Assembly: GCA_938041965.1 (NCBI GenBank)
Contig: CALISE010000019.1
Span: 16,611-80,610 of the forward strand
Direction: 5' to 3'
Length of the DNA stretch: 64,000 bases
Source of the DNA: an uncultured Mogibacterium sp.
Lineage (GTDB): Bacteria; Bacillota; Clostridia; Peptostreptococcales; Anaerovoracaceae
The notes beneath the pieces were generated by a model that made no database searches, was not told where the DNA came from, and was given only the letters and a program-made list of their open reading frames with translations. The first letter of the stretch is position 1. Each line of letters begins with the position of its first letter. The position numbers and the translations under genes were made by a program. Below are positions 9,919 through 19,995 of this stretch, in pieces.

Positions 9919-10618
9919 CTAGAATCTCCCTCCTCTCTGCTTCTGAAGCTAAGTGAGGCGTATCGCTCATTATAAGAAGCTTATTAGCTGCAGCTAGCGC
10001 TTTGCTGATATCGTGCGATATGGTTATGATTGTGGTTCCGCTCTGATTCAGTCTATCTAGCAGGTAGTACAGATGGGCAGCGGCCACCGGGTCGAGCCCG
10101 GTGATCGGCTCGTCCAGAACCAGCACTTTCTTGGAGCCGGCGATGGCGCGTGCTAGGAGCACGCGCTGCCGCTGCCCGCCAGAAAGCTCGCGAAAGCTCT
10201 CGTTCTTAATATCCTCGAGGTCAAGCTCTCGGATAGCATCAGCGGCAAGCTTTCGCTCCTTATGCCCATAAAAAGGCTTAAATCCAAGTCTATCCAGGCA
10301 TCCAGATAGTACGACTTCCCATACGGAAGCTGGGAAATCCTTCTGCATCTCACGCTGCTGCGGCAGGTAGCCGATATCACTCTTATCAATGTCTCCGCGC
10401 AGCAAGACCTTGCCGTTAATCGCTGGAATCAGACCGACCAAGGTCTTAATCAAGGTTGATTTTCCAGCGCCGTTTTCTCCTACAATACAAATATAATCCC
10501 CATTATTAATCTCCAGATCGAATCCATTACAGAGGGGCTTGCCCGAATACCCGACAGCAAGCCCCTCGCAAATGATACTAAATGAAGAGTCTTTACTCTC
10601 TCTTACCATTTTGTTCAA
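9911..10618 (-). CDS. Zn/Mn ABC transporter ATPase (ZnuC/AdcC-like)
   Basis: GENGAGKST, LSGGQRQR, LVLDEP, SHD; DFPASVWEVV. Confidence 0.93.
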   Translation of the reverse strand: MNKMVRESKDSSFSIICEGLAVGYSGKPLCNGFDLEINNGDYICIVGENGAGKSTLIKTLVGLIPAINGKVLLRGDIDKSDIGYLPQQREMQKDFPASVWEVVLSGCLDRLGFKPFYGHKERKLAADAIRELDLEDIKNESFRELSGGQRQRVLLARAIAGSKKVLVLDEPITGLDPVAAAHLYYLLDRLNQSGTTIITISHDISKALAAANKLLIMSDTPHLASEAERREILDV

Positions 10619-10637
10619 TTTGTTCTCCTAGTAATAC

Positions 10638-11639
10638 CTAATTGTTTAGAACCTCCTGCAAGACTTTGAGGTTATTTTCCATTGTCTTGAGGTAAGTCTT
10701 TTTCTTGAGGTCGCCCTTCTTCATAGACTGCAGGGAATCAAGAGTCTTGATATCTCTCTTAGTTCCGTCGGCATTTTTTATTACTGAATTAGCAATCTTG
10801 TGATCAGAGTTCTCGATAGTTAAAACATGCTTTATCTTAAGCTGGTTGAGCTTGTTAGATAGGAAGCTAATTGTCTCAAAGCTAGCCTCAGATTCAGCTG
10901 AGCAGCCTACAAATGCAGCATAGTAGTTCAGACCATAGTCATCTACCATGTAACGGAATGGGAAACGATCTCCGAAGATGAGCGTCTTAACCTTAGCATT
11001 TTTAACAGCCTCAGCATACTTGTTGTCTAGATTCTCTAGCTTCTTAGTGTAGGCATCGAGGTTCTTCTTATAAGTATCGGCATGCTTCTCATCCTTCTTA
11101 GCAATTGCCTGCTCGATAGGCTTGCAGAGCTTAATCGCATTCTTGAGAGATAGCCATACATGTTCATCATACTCCACTTCCTCGGCGTTTTCGTGATGAT
11201 GACCGTCACCTTCATCTTCTTTCTCTGGTTGCATACCTTCCTTGACTTCTTCAGCCTTCTTACTGTCCTTCATTTCATCCATGAGGTTGATTGCAACGAG
11301 ATCCTTGTTCTTTTTCTTCTTGAGAACGTCCGCAACCCATTCATCTGACTCACCGCCAACATAGACGAAAATATCAGCATTTGAAATATCCTTTATATCC
11401 TGAGCTGAAGGCTGGAAGCTGTGCAAATCAGTACCATTCTTCTGAAGAAGCTTCAGATCAACATCCTTGACTCTGTCGCCTAGAATCTCTCTAACCCAGT
11501 CGTATTCAGGAAATGTAGTTACGACAATCTTGAGCTTCTTGGAGTCTGCTTCCTTCTTGCCGCAGCTCGCAAGTGTACCAAGTGAAAGGATTGCAATCAT
11601 CATAATTGCAAATATTTTAATAAGCTTGTTACGTTTCAT
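10638..11639 (-). CDS. Zn/Mn ABC transporter substrate-binding lipoprotein (ZnuA/AdcA-like)
   Basis: Lipobox LASC, DLHSFQPS, His/acidic loop, DEHVWLS; start set at ATG 11639 after GGAGG. Confidence 0.92.
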   Translation of the reverse strand: MKRNKLIKIFAIMMIAILSLGTLASCGKKEADSKKLKIVVTTFPEYDWVREILGDRVKDVDLKLLQKNGTDLHSFQPSAQDIKDISNADIFVYVGGESDEWVADVLKKKKNKDLVAINLMDEMKDSKKAEEVKEGMQPEKEDEGDGHHHENAEEVEYDEHVWLSLKNAIKLCKPIEQAIAKKDEKHADTYKKNLDAYTKKLENLDNKYAEAVKNAKVKTLIFGDRFPFRYMVDDYGLNYYAAFVGCSAESEASFETISFLSNKLNQLKIKHVLTIENSDHKIANSVIKNADGTKRDIKTLDSLQSMKKGDLKKKTYLKTMENNLKVLQEVLNN

Positions 11640-11774
11640 AAAAACCTCCATGCTATGTAACGTGAAAAATACAGATTTTGCAAAAATAATATCGGTTATT
11701 GTAATTGTCCGAGCACCGCAACTCTTCTATGAATCGAAGCGGAGACGACATAAAAATGGGGAAATAACCGAAAT

Positions 11775-11817
11775 TAAAAATCATTTTCAGTTTACCACCG
11801 GTGATTTATCATGTCAA
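11775..11817 (-). promoter_or_regulatory. SigA promoter of the metal ABC operon with Fur/Zur-family 7-1-7 box at the start site
   Basis: Minus strand TTGACA (11817-11812), 17 nt, TGG-TAAACT (11794-11789); TGAAAAT-G-ATTTTTA at 11789-11775. Confidence 0.6.
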
Positions 11818-11915
11818 TGTAGAAAGAAAGTTTCACAAAACTATCAAAAAATTTTTAACACTTTGAGGTCAGTGGAGTTCAACAAAAATCATAGAGATTT
11901 AGCGGGAAAATAAAA

Positions 11916-11954
11916 GAACATATGTTTGATTTTTGCCTGTGCCTCCACTATAAT
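11916..11954 (+). promoter_or_regulatory. Gram-positive LexA (SOS) box overlapping the -35 of a SigA promoter
   Basis: GAAC-ATAT-GTTT at 11916-11927; TTGATT (11926-11931), 17 nt, TATAAT (11949-11954). Confidence 0.7.
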
Positions 11955-12006
11955 TGGGACAAGCAAAAAAGTCAAGCGGTGTATTTGTCGTCATCAGGGA
12001 GTGAAG

Positions 12007-13461
12007 ATGGATGGGAATGCGTCAATAAATATATTTAATAAAGAGGAGGAGCTTGAGGGGAGCAGGACCTACCTGTGCATCGACCTGAAGTCTTATTATG
12101 CGTCTGTCGAATGCATAGCTCGAGGGCTTAATCCGCTCTAGGCTAGGCTACTAGTTGCTGATCCAACTAGATCAGACAACACGATTTGCCTAGCGGTTTC
12201 ACCCGCACTGAAGGCCATTGGTGTGCTGGGGAGACCTAGATTATTTGAAGCGAAGCAGGCGATAAGAAGAGCGGAGATAGAGTGTGGTCATGAGATTGAA
12301 TACATCATAGCATCGCCGAGGATGGCTGAGTATGTGCGCATATCATCGGAAATTTATTCCATTTATATGAATTTTGTTTCCCCAGAGGATATTCATGTAT
12401 ACAGCATAGATGAATGCTTTATGGATATAACGCATTACCTTCACATGTATAAGGAGGCAGCGATTCGCCACAAGGTTTCGGCTTCTCGTGAGATGGCGAT
12501 GACTATAATTAAAGCCGTGCTGTCTGAGACAGGCATAGTTTCAACTGCGGGAATTGGAACTAATATGTATCTTGCTAAGGTTGGTATGGATATAGTTGCC
12601 AAGAAGAGCAAAGCCGATGAAGATGGCGTAAGGATTGCAGAGCTCAATGAAACATCTTATAAGTATCTCCTTTGGAACCATAAACCGCTAACTGACTTCT
12701 GACAGATCGGGCGTGGTAAAGCCAGAAGGCTCGCTAAAATTGGGGCTTATACGATGGGGGATATAGCTCTCATATCGATTAATGAGGAGGAATACCTATA
12801 TAAAGCATTTGGTGTAGACGCTGAGATTCTGATTGATCATGCATGGGGTAAGGAGCCATGTACCATGTCGGATATCAAGTCTTATAAGCCAGCAGCACAT
12901 TCTCTCTCTACTGGGCAGGTTCTGCCTCGTGCATATGCTTATGGAGAAGGCCGCAATATATTTATCGAGATGGCTGATAAGCTATCCATGGATATGGTAC
13001 GGAAGAAACTAAGAGCATCACATTTTTCGTTTTGGATCAGTTTCGATGGACAGAGTCTTGAGAGTGGGGAATATAATGGGCCGATTGTGGTTGATTTTTA
13101 CGGAAGACTGATGCCTAAGGGTGTTTCTGGCAATGTTAGGCTACGAATTGATACGAATAGCACTGTAGAGATTGTAGGGAACTTAAAGAAAGCTTTTGAT
13201 CGCCTGATAGATCCGACACTTTACATAAGGCGCATAACCATAGTCGCCAACGATATCAAAGGAGTAGATGAAGATGAGCAGGTTGATATATTTTCACTAG
13301 ACTCTTGCGATACAGATGACTCTAAAGAATGTGAATTGCAAGGGGTTATGCTAGCAATACGCGAGAAGTATGGAAGCAATGCCTTGATAAAAGGCATGAA
13401 TCTCGAAGAGGGAAGCACATATATAGAAAGGAACAATCAGATAGGAGGTTATAGAGCATAG
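12007..13461 (+). pseudogene. Y-family DNA polymerase (UmuC/ImpB/DinB-like) with two in-frame stops
   Basis: YLCIDLKSYYASVEC, YSIDECFMD, GIGTNMYLAK, NNQIGG all in one frame; TAG at 12139-12141, TGA at 12700-12702 (DF*QIG where family has DFW). Confidence 0.88.
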
Positions 13462-13968
13462 ATGGGTGTATACGATGAAAGAATTATTAGGGCAACAAAA
13501 TTTGAATATGCCGATATTATCAATAGAGTGAGGCCAGTTCATCGGGCTGATAGATTTTCGTACAAGTATCCGCGGATGAGCAATGAGAAGCGAGCTAAGA
13601 TATTCGCACCTTTTTCTGCCTTGTCAGGGTATGATGATGCTTTAGCGGAGAAGGAGATAATCTACGATATCAAAAGGGTACTTACTGATGATGAGTATTT
13701 TGATTTAGACTGCAAGATTGCAACCATATACGAAAATTGTAGCAATAGCCATATTAGCTAGAGAAAATGTGTTGAGGTCAGAATACTTTACTTTGAACCC
13801 CTTGCCAATGATGAGCTGCATGGCAGATATATAGAAATTAGTGGATTAGTCACAAAGGTCAGACCAGATAAAGAGACTATCACAATTCTTGATAAAGAAA
13901 TTCCTCTGAGGTCAATATATAAACTAGAAATATTAAATGCTAGGGGCATCGAGCCACAAGATGAATAA
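13462..13968 (+). pseudogene. YolD-like protein with an in-frame TAG
   Basis: YADIIN...PRMSNEKRAKIFAPFSALSGY; TAG 13759-13761, frame continues ILYF...GRYIEISGLVTKV to TAA 13966-13968. Confidence 0.8.
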
Positions 13969-13969
13969 A

Positions 13970-13995
13970 ACTCCCTGCTCTCTCAAGCAGGGAGT
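13970..13995. terminator. Hairpin terminator
   Basis: ACTCCCTGCT...AGCAGGGAGT. Confidence 0.55.
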
Positions 13996-14091
13996 GTGGA
14001 TTCGCCTATCTAAATTGATAAATCAGCGATATGTTTTGTCAGACCATTAGGTAGCACATCTTGTCTGTAATGCATATGGGAGAACCTATGA

Positions 14092-14664
14092 TTAAACTCG
14101 CGCAATCTGCTCTATTCCTTCAACTGTACCAAGAAGTTCCATGCCAACTGGTCTCCAGTAATCATATATTAGCACAGGACCGCTGTATTCATACAGAAGC
14201 CTTATGACCGTATTGAAGAATATAGGATTGTTGATGAACATCTTAACGTTGAAATTACAGTCATACTGCTTTTCTTCGGTATACGGATACTTGAAATTAA
14301 TAATCTGCGACTCAGGTTCGCAATCATAGTAGCGAAGCTCTAGAAGCTTGTAGCCGGTGAATTTTGACTGGTTATCATCAGCATTTTCACGGCAAGCGAT
14401 TATTTGATCCGCTCTTGCATCAGTCATAACCTGAATATCGCCGAGATTGTTATTGCAGAGCTCATATAACTCTCTGACTGTGTTAAGTACATGAGGTCTC
14501 TCTGCCTCGTTTTCGTCTATAGGGATAATTCCTTTGCCGATTAGGTGCTGCAGGAATTCCTCGCACGAGAAAGTACCGAGCGTATAATCCTCTGGTTTGT
14601 TGCTGGAATTACATTCGATAGTTACATTTGAATTGTCGATTTCTTTAAAATTGATATATGCCAT
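14092..14664 (-). CDS. Hypothetical protein
   Basis: 190-aa open frame, SD AGGTG before ATG 14664; no family recognised. Confidence 0.65.
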   Translation of the reverse strand: MAYINFKEIDNSNVTIECNSSNKPEDYTLGTFSCEEFLQHLIGKGIIPIDENEAERPHVLNTVRELYELCNNNLGDIQVMTDARADQIIACRENADDNQSKFTGYKLLELRYYDCEPESQIINFKYPYTEEKQYDCNFNVKMFINNPIFFNTVIRLLYEYSGPVLIYDYWRPVGMELLGTVEGIEQIARV

Positions 14665-14795
14665 TTTGTCACCTATAATATCTATTAGCATTGGTATTAT
14701 ATCATCAGAGTGAAGTGAGGTCATTAATAAATAAAGAGAGAGGCAGCATTTTTTTAAATGCCACCTCTGATGTCACAGACAGGATGTTCAGAAGA

Positions 14796-15749
14796 TTATC
14801 TATATTTATAGAAACCTTCACCAGCATTGATGCCGGTCTTACCCTCATCTATGTACTTTTTAAGCATTGCTGCAATTTTGCCTGCATTTGAATCTGGGTT
14901 CTTTGACTCAGGATTGCTGGATACGATGTTGTAAGCAGTTGTGAGTCCGACGATATCGAGTATCTGGAAAGGACCAAGAGGCGAACCTGTTCCTAATTTC
15001 CAAGCACGGTCAATATTTTCATGATCGCCTATTCCGTTAGCGAGTAGGTACTGTGCAGAATTTAGGAATGGCACGAGCATAGAATTTAGCAGATAACCAG
15101 GCTGTTCCTTCAGTACCTTGATCGGGACCATGTTAAGCGCTTTGGCAAATTCAACTACCTCGTCATATGCGGCCTGGGATGTCTCGCTGTGTCCCATAAC
15201 CTCACCTATGTTGCTTCTCCAGATATTGTTAGCAAAGTGAAGTGCAAGGTATCTCTCAGGCTTAGATATATCTTCCTTAAATGTGCTAGGAAGGAATGTC
15301 GAAGAATTTGTCATTACGATGGTATTATCGTCAAGCACTTTATCGAGCTTTCTATAGAACTCATGCTTTTCATCAGGAATCTCAGCCATGCTCTCTATGT
15401 AGTAATCGCAGCCTTTTGCAGAATCCTCGAGAGAAAGAGAGAGTTTTAGATTCTTATAAGCGGATTCAACTTTTTCTTGGAGTTCGTCGAGCTTCTCGCT
15501 AGTTAGGTCTTCGGCTTTTACCCCGAAACCTCCAGGAACCTGAATTCCAGGCTTGCCTAGGTTTTGCCTTAGAGTTTCAATTTCAGATAGATAAATCTTG
15601 TAGAGCCTGTCTATCTTAGGCTGAGATCTGCCGATAGAGCCTTCGCTTCTTAGCCATATAGTTGTATCAAATCCGGAGAAAGCACTCTGAAAAGCAATCT
15701 GACTGCCTAGTACACCGCCACCAGCTACTGTAACTTTTTTATTATTCAT
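14796..15749 (-). CDS. 3-hydroxyacyl-CoA dehydrogenase family protein
   Basis: VAGGGVLGSQIA Rossmann motif, TNSST, LALHFAN, PGYLLNSML, GPFQILDIVG; SD GGAGG before ATG 15749. Confidence 0.9.
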   Translation of the reverse strand: MNNKKVTVAGGGVLGSQIAFQSAFSGFDTTIWLRSEGSIGRSQPKIDRLYKIYLSEIETLRQNLGKPGIQVPGGFGVKAEDLTSEKLDELQEKVESAYKNLKLSLSLEDSAKGCDYYIESMAEIPDEKHEFYRKLDKVLDDNTIVMTNSSTFLPSTFKEDISKPERYLALHFANNIWRSNIGEVMGHSETSQAAYDEVVEFAKALNMVPIKVLKEQPGYLLNSMLVPFLNSAQYLLANGIGDHENIDRAWKLGTGSPLGPFQILDIVGLTTAYNIVSSNPESKNPDSNAGKIAAMLKKYIDEGKTGINAGEGFYKYR

Positions 15750-15982
15750 GGGATTACCTCCTGTGTATAAATAACAACTTGTGTTAGTTTTGTATAAATT
15801 GATTATACACCTAAAATCAAATAAAGCCATACAATATTTAATAGTGCGCAATTATTTCTTTAAAACTACATAATTCATAACGATTGCAACTATTGACAGA
15901 GCTCCATAATAGTTCTATTATACTTATTAGTTCTTGGTTTATTATCTTTAACTATTTGAACCTAGAACTGATAAATATGGTA

Positions 15983-16095
15983 ATTGACTTCAGGGCAGGG
16001 TGTAATTCCCTACCGGCGGTATAGCCCGCGAGCCGAGAGGCATGATTCGGTTAGATTCCGAAGCCGACAGTTAAAGTCTGGATGGGAGAAGCTTT
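15983..16095 (+). ncRNA. FMN riboswitch (RFN element)
   Basis: CTTCAGGGCAGGGTGTAATTCCCTACCGGCGGT...AGCCCGCGAGC...CCGACAGTTAAAGTCTGGATGGGAGAAG upstream of rib genes. Confidence 0.96.
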
Positions 16096-16136
16096 TATTC
16101 TGAAGGGTACATTAGGTTGTACAGGGATGAATTGCA

Positions 16137-16161
16137 GGAGCTCTGAGGGGGCTTCTTTTTT
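16137..16161 (+). terminator. Probable riboswitch expression-platform terminator
   Basis: AGGAGCTCT-GAG-GGGGCTTCT (G-U rich stem) plus T tract. Confidence 0.55.
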
Positions 16162-16222
16162 AGTGCATATCCATTCTAATTGAACGGGTCAATTGTATAT
16201 TTATTCGAATGAGGAGAGAGAA

Positions 16223-17491
16223 ATGTCGTTAGAGAGAGCTGATGAGCTGATGCTACAGGACAAAGAGTACATGCGCCGAGCTATTGAACTGGCCAAGAAA
16301 GGCACAGGATGGGTTAATCCCAACCCAAAGGTCGGAGCTGTAATTGTCAAAGATGGACAGATCATAGGCGAGGGATACCATGTAAAGTGCGGTCAGATGC
16401 ACGCTGAAAGGAACGCTATAGCATCGCTTCGCGATTCTGCAGAGGGCGCTACGATGTACGTAACTATGGAGCCTTGTTGTCATTATGGCAAGACGCCACC
16501 TTGTACGGAGGCGATTATTGAAAACGGAATAGCTAGAGTTGTGATTGGATCCAAGGACCCTAATCCAAAAGTAGCTGGAAAGGGCGTTCAAGTGCTGAGA
16601 GATGCTGGCATTGAAGTCGTAGAAGACTTCATGATGGATGAGTGTGATGCTCTAAATCCGATTTTCTTCCACTACATAACTACTAAGCATCCTTACGTCA
16701 TGATGAAGTATGCCATGACTGCTGACGGTAAGATTGCGACTAAGACTGGAGCATCAAGGTGGGTTACTGGTCCTGAGGCTATTCACAAGGTGCATGAGAT
16801 GCGTCATGAATGCATGAGCATCATGGTCGGTGTTGATACGGTTGTAGCTGATGATCCTATGCTTAACTGCAGAATTGAGGGTGGCAGAAACCCGGTGAGA
16901 ATCGTATGCGATAGTAAACTCAGAATTCCAAATGAATGCCAGTTAGTGAGAACTGCTGATGAGTACGATAGTGAAACAGTTGTCGTTTGTGCAGTTGAAG
17001 GTCTGCCTATGGGAGAGGTGAGGTTTACTGATAAGGCACCAATCTATTTGGACTATGAGAATACAAATCCGCTTGCAAAGGCTTTAGGCAAGAAGTTTGG
17101 CGGAGGAAATTTCATCAAGAAGGCAGTTAAACTTAACGAGATGGGAGTCAGGATTTTTAACTTCCCTGGTCACGATGGAAGAGTCAATCTAAACATGCTG
17201 ATGGAGTACCTCGGCAGTCTAGAAATAGATAGCTTGCTCCTTGAAGGTGGTGGAAACCTCAATGAAAGTGCGCTGAGAGTTGGAATTATCAGCGAGATGA
17301 GAATATTTATCGCACCCAAGGTATTCGGTGGAAAGGCGAAGAGCCCTATTGAGGGTATTGGAGTTGACAATCCTAATATGGCATATAAATTCTCGTTCGA
17401 CGACGTTGAGAGGATTGGTTCTGATCTCATGATTACATGCAAGAGAATCGATAATCTCAGCACATATATTCCAGAAGATGGAGAAAACTAA
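16223..17491 (+). CDS. ribD: Riboflavin biosynthesis deaminase/reductase
   Basis: NPKVGAVIV, HAE, EPCCHYGKTPPC, DGKIAT, LLEGG; start at ATG after GAGGAG. Confidence 0.95.
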   Translation: MSLERADELMLQDKEYMRRAIELAKKGTGWVNPNPKVGAVIVKDGQIIGEGYHVKCGQMHAERNAIASLRDSAEGATMYVTMEPCCHYGKTPPCTEAIIENGIARVVIGSKDPNPKVAGKGVQVLRDAGIEVVEDFMMDECDALNPIFFHYITTKHPYVMMKYAMTADGKIATKTGASRWVTGPEAIHKVHEMRHECMSIMVGVDTVVADDPMLNCRIEGGRNPVRIVCDSKLRIPNECQLVRTADEYDSETVVVCAVEGLPMGEVRFTDKAPIYLDYENTNPLAKALGKKFGGGNFIKKAVKLNEMGVRIFNFPGHDGRVNLNMLMEYLGSLEIDSLLLEGGGNLNESALRVGIISEMRIFIAPKVFGGKAKSPIEGIGVDNPNMAYKFSFDDVERIGSDLMITCKRIDNLSTYIPEDGEN

Positions 17492-18165
17492 TGTTTACAG
17501 GAATCATTGAAGAGACAGGGAGATTGAGGTCACTAGATATATCTGGGGTGACGGGCCGCATAGAGCTCGAGGCCTCAAAGGTACTAGAAGGCACTAATAT
17601 TGGTGATAGTATCGCTGTGAACGGTGTTTGCCTCACTGTGGTAGAACTTCATGCTGACGGATTTACCGCTGACGTCATGCCTGAGACCATCTCCAGAACG
17701 GGATTCTCGCAGCTCAGAGTGGGCGATAAAGTTAACCTGGAACGAGCGATGGCTGCAAATGGCAGGTTCGGTGGACACATAGTATCGGGCCATATCGATG
17801 GCGTTGGAACCGTTGAATCACTCGAGCATGATGGAATTGCCGTATGGGTAAGCATCAAGGCACCAACAGAAATTCTTAAGATCATAGTTGAGAAGGGGTC
17901 CATAGCAATCGATGGAATCAGCCTTACGGTTGCTTATGTGGATAGTGAACGTTTCAAGGTTTCGATTATTCCTCATACAGGTGAGGAGACTACACTGCTG
18001 AAGAGGCATGCAGGCGATAAGGTTAATCTTGAAAATGATATTGTAGGCAAATATGTAGAAAAATTATTGGGACTTGGTGAGCCAACTGTATATGGTGGTA
18101 CTCGGCAAAAGGATGATAACGAAAGTGGACTCACACTTGAGTTCCTGGCGGAGAACGGGTTCTGA
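17491..18165 (+). CDS. ribE: Riboflavin synthase alpha chain
   Basis: [30 protein letters not shown]. Confidence 0.96.
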   Translation: MFTGIIEETGRLRSLDISGVTGRIELEASKVLEGTNIGDSIAVNGVCLTVVELHADGFTADVMPETISRTGFSQLRVGDKVNLERAMAANGRFGGHIVSGHIDGVGTVESLEHDGIAVWVSIKAPTEILKIIVEKGSIAIDGISLTVAYVDSERFKVSIIPHTGEETTLLKRHAGDKVNLENDIVGKYVEKLLGLGEPTVYGGTRQKDDNESGLTLEFLAENGF

Positions 18166-18176
18166 AAGGAGATACG

Positions 18177-19403
18177 ATGAGTAGCAGAAGACGCGAATAT
18201 GATTCAATTGAAAGAGCGCTTGAGGATCTGAGAGCTGGAAAGATAATTCTCTGTACAGATGATCCAGATAGAGAAAATGAAGGTGATATGATCTGTGCTG
18301 CGGAGTTTGCAACGCAGGAGAATATCAACATGATGGCTAGTATTGCCAAAGGGCTCATCTGCACACCGATGAGCATTGAGCTCGCAAGGAAGCTCAACTT
18401 CCCAGCGATGGTGTCTGAGAACACGGATAACCACGAAACTGCTTTTACAGTTTCAATAGACCATGTCGATACCACGACTGGTATTTCAGCTAAGGAGAGA
18501 GGATATACGATGAGAAAATGCGTGGATCCAGATTCAAAGCCGGAAGATTTCAGGAGACCAGGGCATGTATTCCCTCTCGTTGCTAAGAGAGGCGGTGTGC
18601 TAGTTAGAAATGGACATACAGAGGCTACAGTAGACTTGCTGAGACTTGCAGGACTCAAGGAGTGCGGTGTGTGCTGCGAAATCATGGACGATGACGGCAC
18701 GATGATGAGAACGCCTAAGCTGTGGGAAATCGCAGAGAAATATGATCTAGCATTTATAACGATCAAGCAACTTCAGGATTATCTGCGCATTAATGAGTGC
18801 CACGTAATTCGCGAGGCAGTAGCTAAGCTGCCGACAATGTATGGCGAATTCACAATGTATGGGTATATTAATGATATTACTGGCGAGCATCATGTAGCTC
18901 TTGTTAAGGGTGAAATCGGAGATGGTAAGGATGTTCTCTGCCGAGTTCATTCGGAGTGTCTCACAGGGGATACGTTCGGTTCGCTGAGATGCGACTGTGG
19001 TCTGCAGCTCGAGAAGTCACTCGAGATGATAGAAAAAGAAGGGCGCGGAGTGCTGCTTTACATGAGACAGGAAGGTCGTGGCATCGGACTCATCAATAAG
19101 ATTAAGGCATACGCTCTTCAGGAAGAGGGATACGATACAGTCGAGGCTAATGTTAAGCTTGGGTTTGCACCAGACCTAAGGGAATACTGGGTAGGTGCAC
19201 AGATTTTAAGAGACCTGGGATGCAAGTCGCTAAGGCTTATGACTAACAACCCTGAAAAGGTGTATGGGCTCGGTGACTTTGCTCTGGACATAACTGAGAG
19301 AGTTCCGATTGAGATTAAGCCACAGAAGTTCGATTATATGTATCTCAAGACCAAGAAGAGCAAGATGGGACATATTTTCAACGAAATTGATTTAGAGAAG
19401 TAG
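18177..19403 (+). CDS. ribBA: Bifunctional DHBP synthase / GTP cyclohydrolase II
   Basis: [41 protein letters not shown]. Confidence 0.96.
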   Translation: MSSRRREYDSIERALEDLRAGKIILCTDDPDRENEGDMICAAEFATQENINMMASIAKGLICTPMSIELARKLNFPAMVSENTDNHETAFTVSIDHVDTTTGISAKERGYTMRKCVDPDSKPEDFRRPGHVFPLVAKRGGVLVRNGHTEATVDLLRLAGLKECGVCCEIMDDDGTMMRTPKLWEIAEKYDLAFITIKQLQDYLRINECHVIREAVAKLPTMYGEFTMYGYINDITGEHHVALVKGEIGDGKDVLCRVHSECLTGDTFGSLRCDCGLQLEKSLEMIEKEGRGVLLYMRQEGRGIGLINKIKAYALQEEGYDTVEANVKLGFAPDLREYWVGAQILRDLGCKSLRLMTNNPEKVYGLGDFALDITERVPIEIKPQKFDYMYLKTKKSKMGHIFNEIDLEK

Positions 19404-19415
19404 AAAGGAATCGTC

Positions 19416-19889
19416 ATGAACAATATCAATCTATTAGAGGGTAAAGTCGTTGCTAAAGAAGGAATGAAGGTTGGAATCGTGGCTGCTCGTTTCAATGAAA
19501 TTGTTGTAAGCAAGCTACTAAGCGGGGCAATTGACGGACTTGTACGACACAATGTCAAGGAAGAGAATATCACAGCTGCTTGGGTGCCTGGAGCATTTGA
19601 GCTGCCAACCGTTGCGAAGAAGATGGCTGAGTCCGGAAAGTATGATGCTGTAATCGTTCTCGGTGCTGTAATCAGAGGACAGACATCGCACTATGAGCTT
19701 GTGTGCAACGAGGCTGCAAAAGGAATCGCTCAGATCTCTATGCAGACAGGTGTGCCAACTATGTTTGGAGTTATCACGACAGAGAATATTGAACAGGCAA
19801 TCGCTCGTGCAGGAAGCAAGGTTGGAAACAAGGGATACGACTGCGCACTATCTGCAATCGAGATGGTTAACCTCGTAGAGCAGTTATAA
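19416..19889 (+). CDS. ribH: 6,7-dimethyl-8-ribityllumazine synthase
   Basis: [28 protein letters not shown]. Confidence 0.96.
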   Translation: MNNINLLEGKVVAKEGMKVGIVAARFNEIVVSKLLSGAIDGLVRHNVKEENITAAWVPGAFELPTVAKKMAESGKYDAVIVLGAVIRGQTSHYELVCNEAAKGIAQISMQTGVPTMFGVITTENIEQAIARAGSKVGNKGYDCALSAIEMVNLVEQL

Positions 19890-19935
19890 GAACAGCTTTA
19901 TTAAAATAAAGGTGAGCAGGCATATTTAATAACAG

Positions 19936-19966
19936 CAAGGCAGACTGTTTCAGTCTGCCTTGTTTT
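19936..19966 (+). terminator. Intrinsic terminator of rib operon
   Basis: CAAGGCAGACTG-TTT-CAGTCTGCCTTG-TTTT. Confidence 0.8.
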
Positions 19967-19995
19967 CAAAATGCAAATGGGGATTGGTCGTATAC

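Noticed and set aside
11467..11913. 148-aa plus-strand ORF
   Set aside because: Antisense to the binding-protein gene and spans promoter DNA; no recognisable protein features.
12139..13761. Genome-wide stop-codon reassignment or pyrrolysine explaining the in-frame TAG/TGA
   Set aside because: TAG and TGA end conserved genes (rplM TAG, ntpB TAG, rlmH TGA, ribE TGA), RF2 is intact, and the TGA replaces a conserved Trp.
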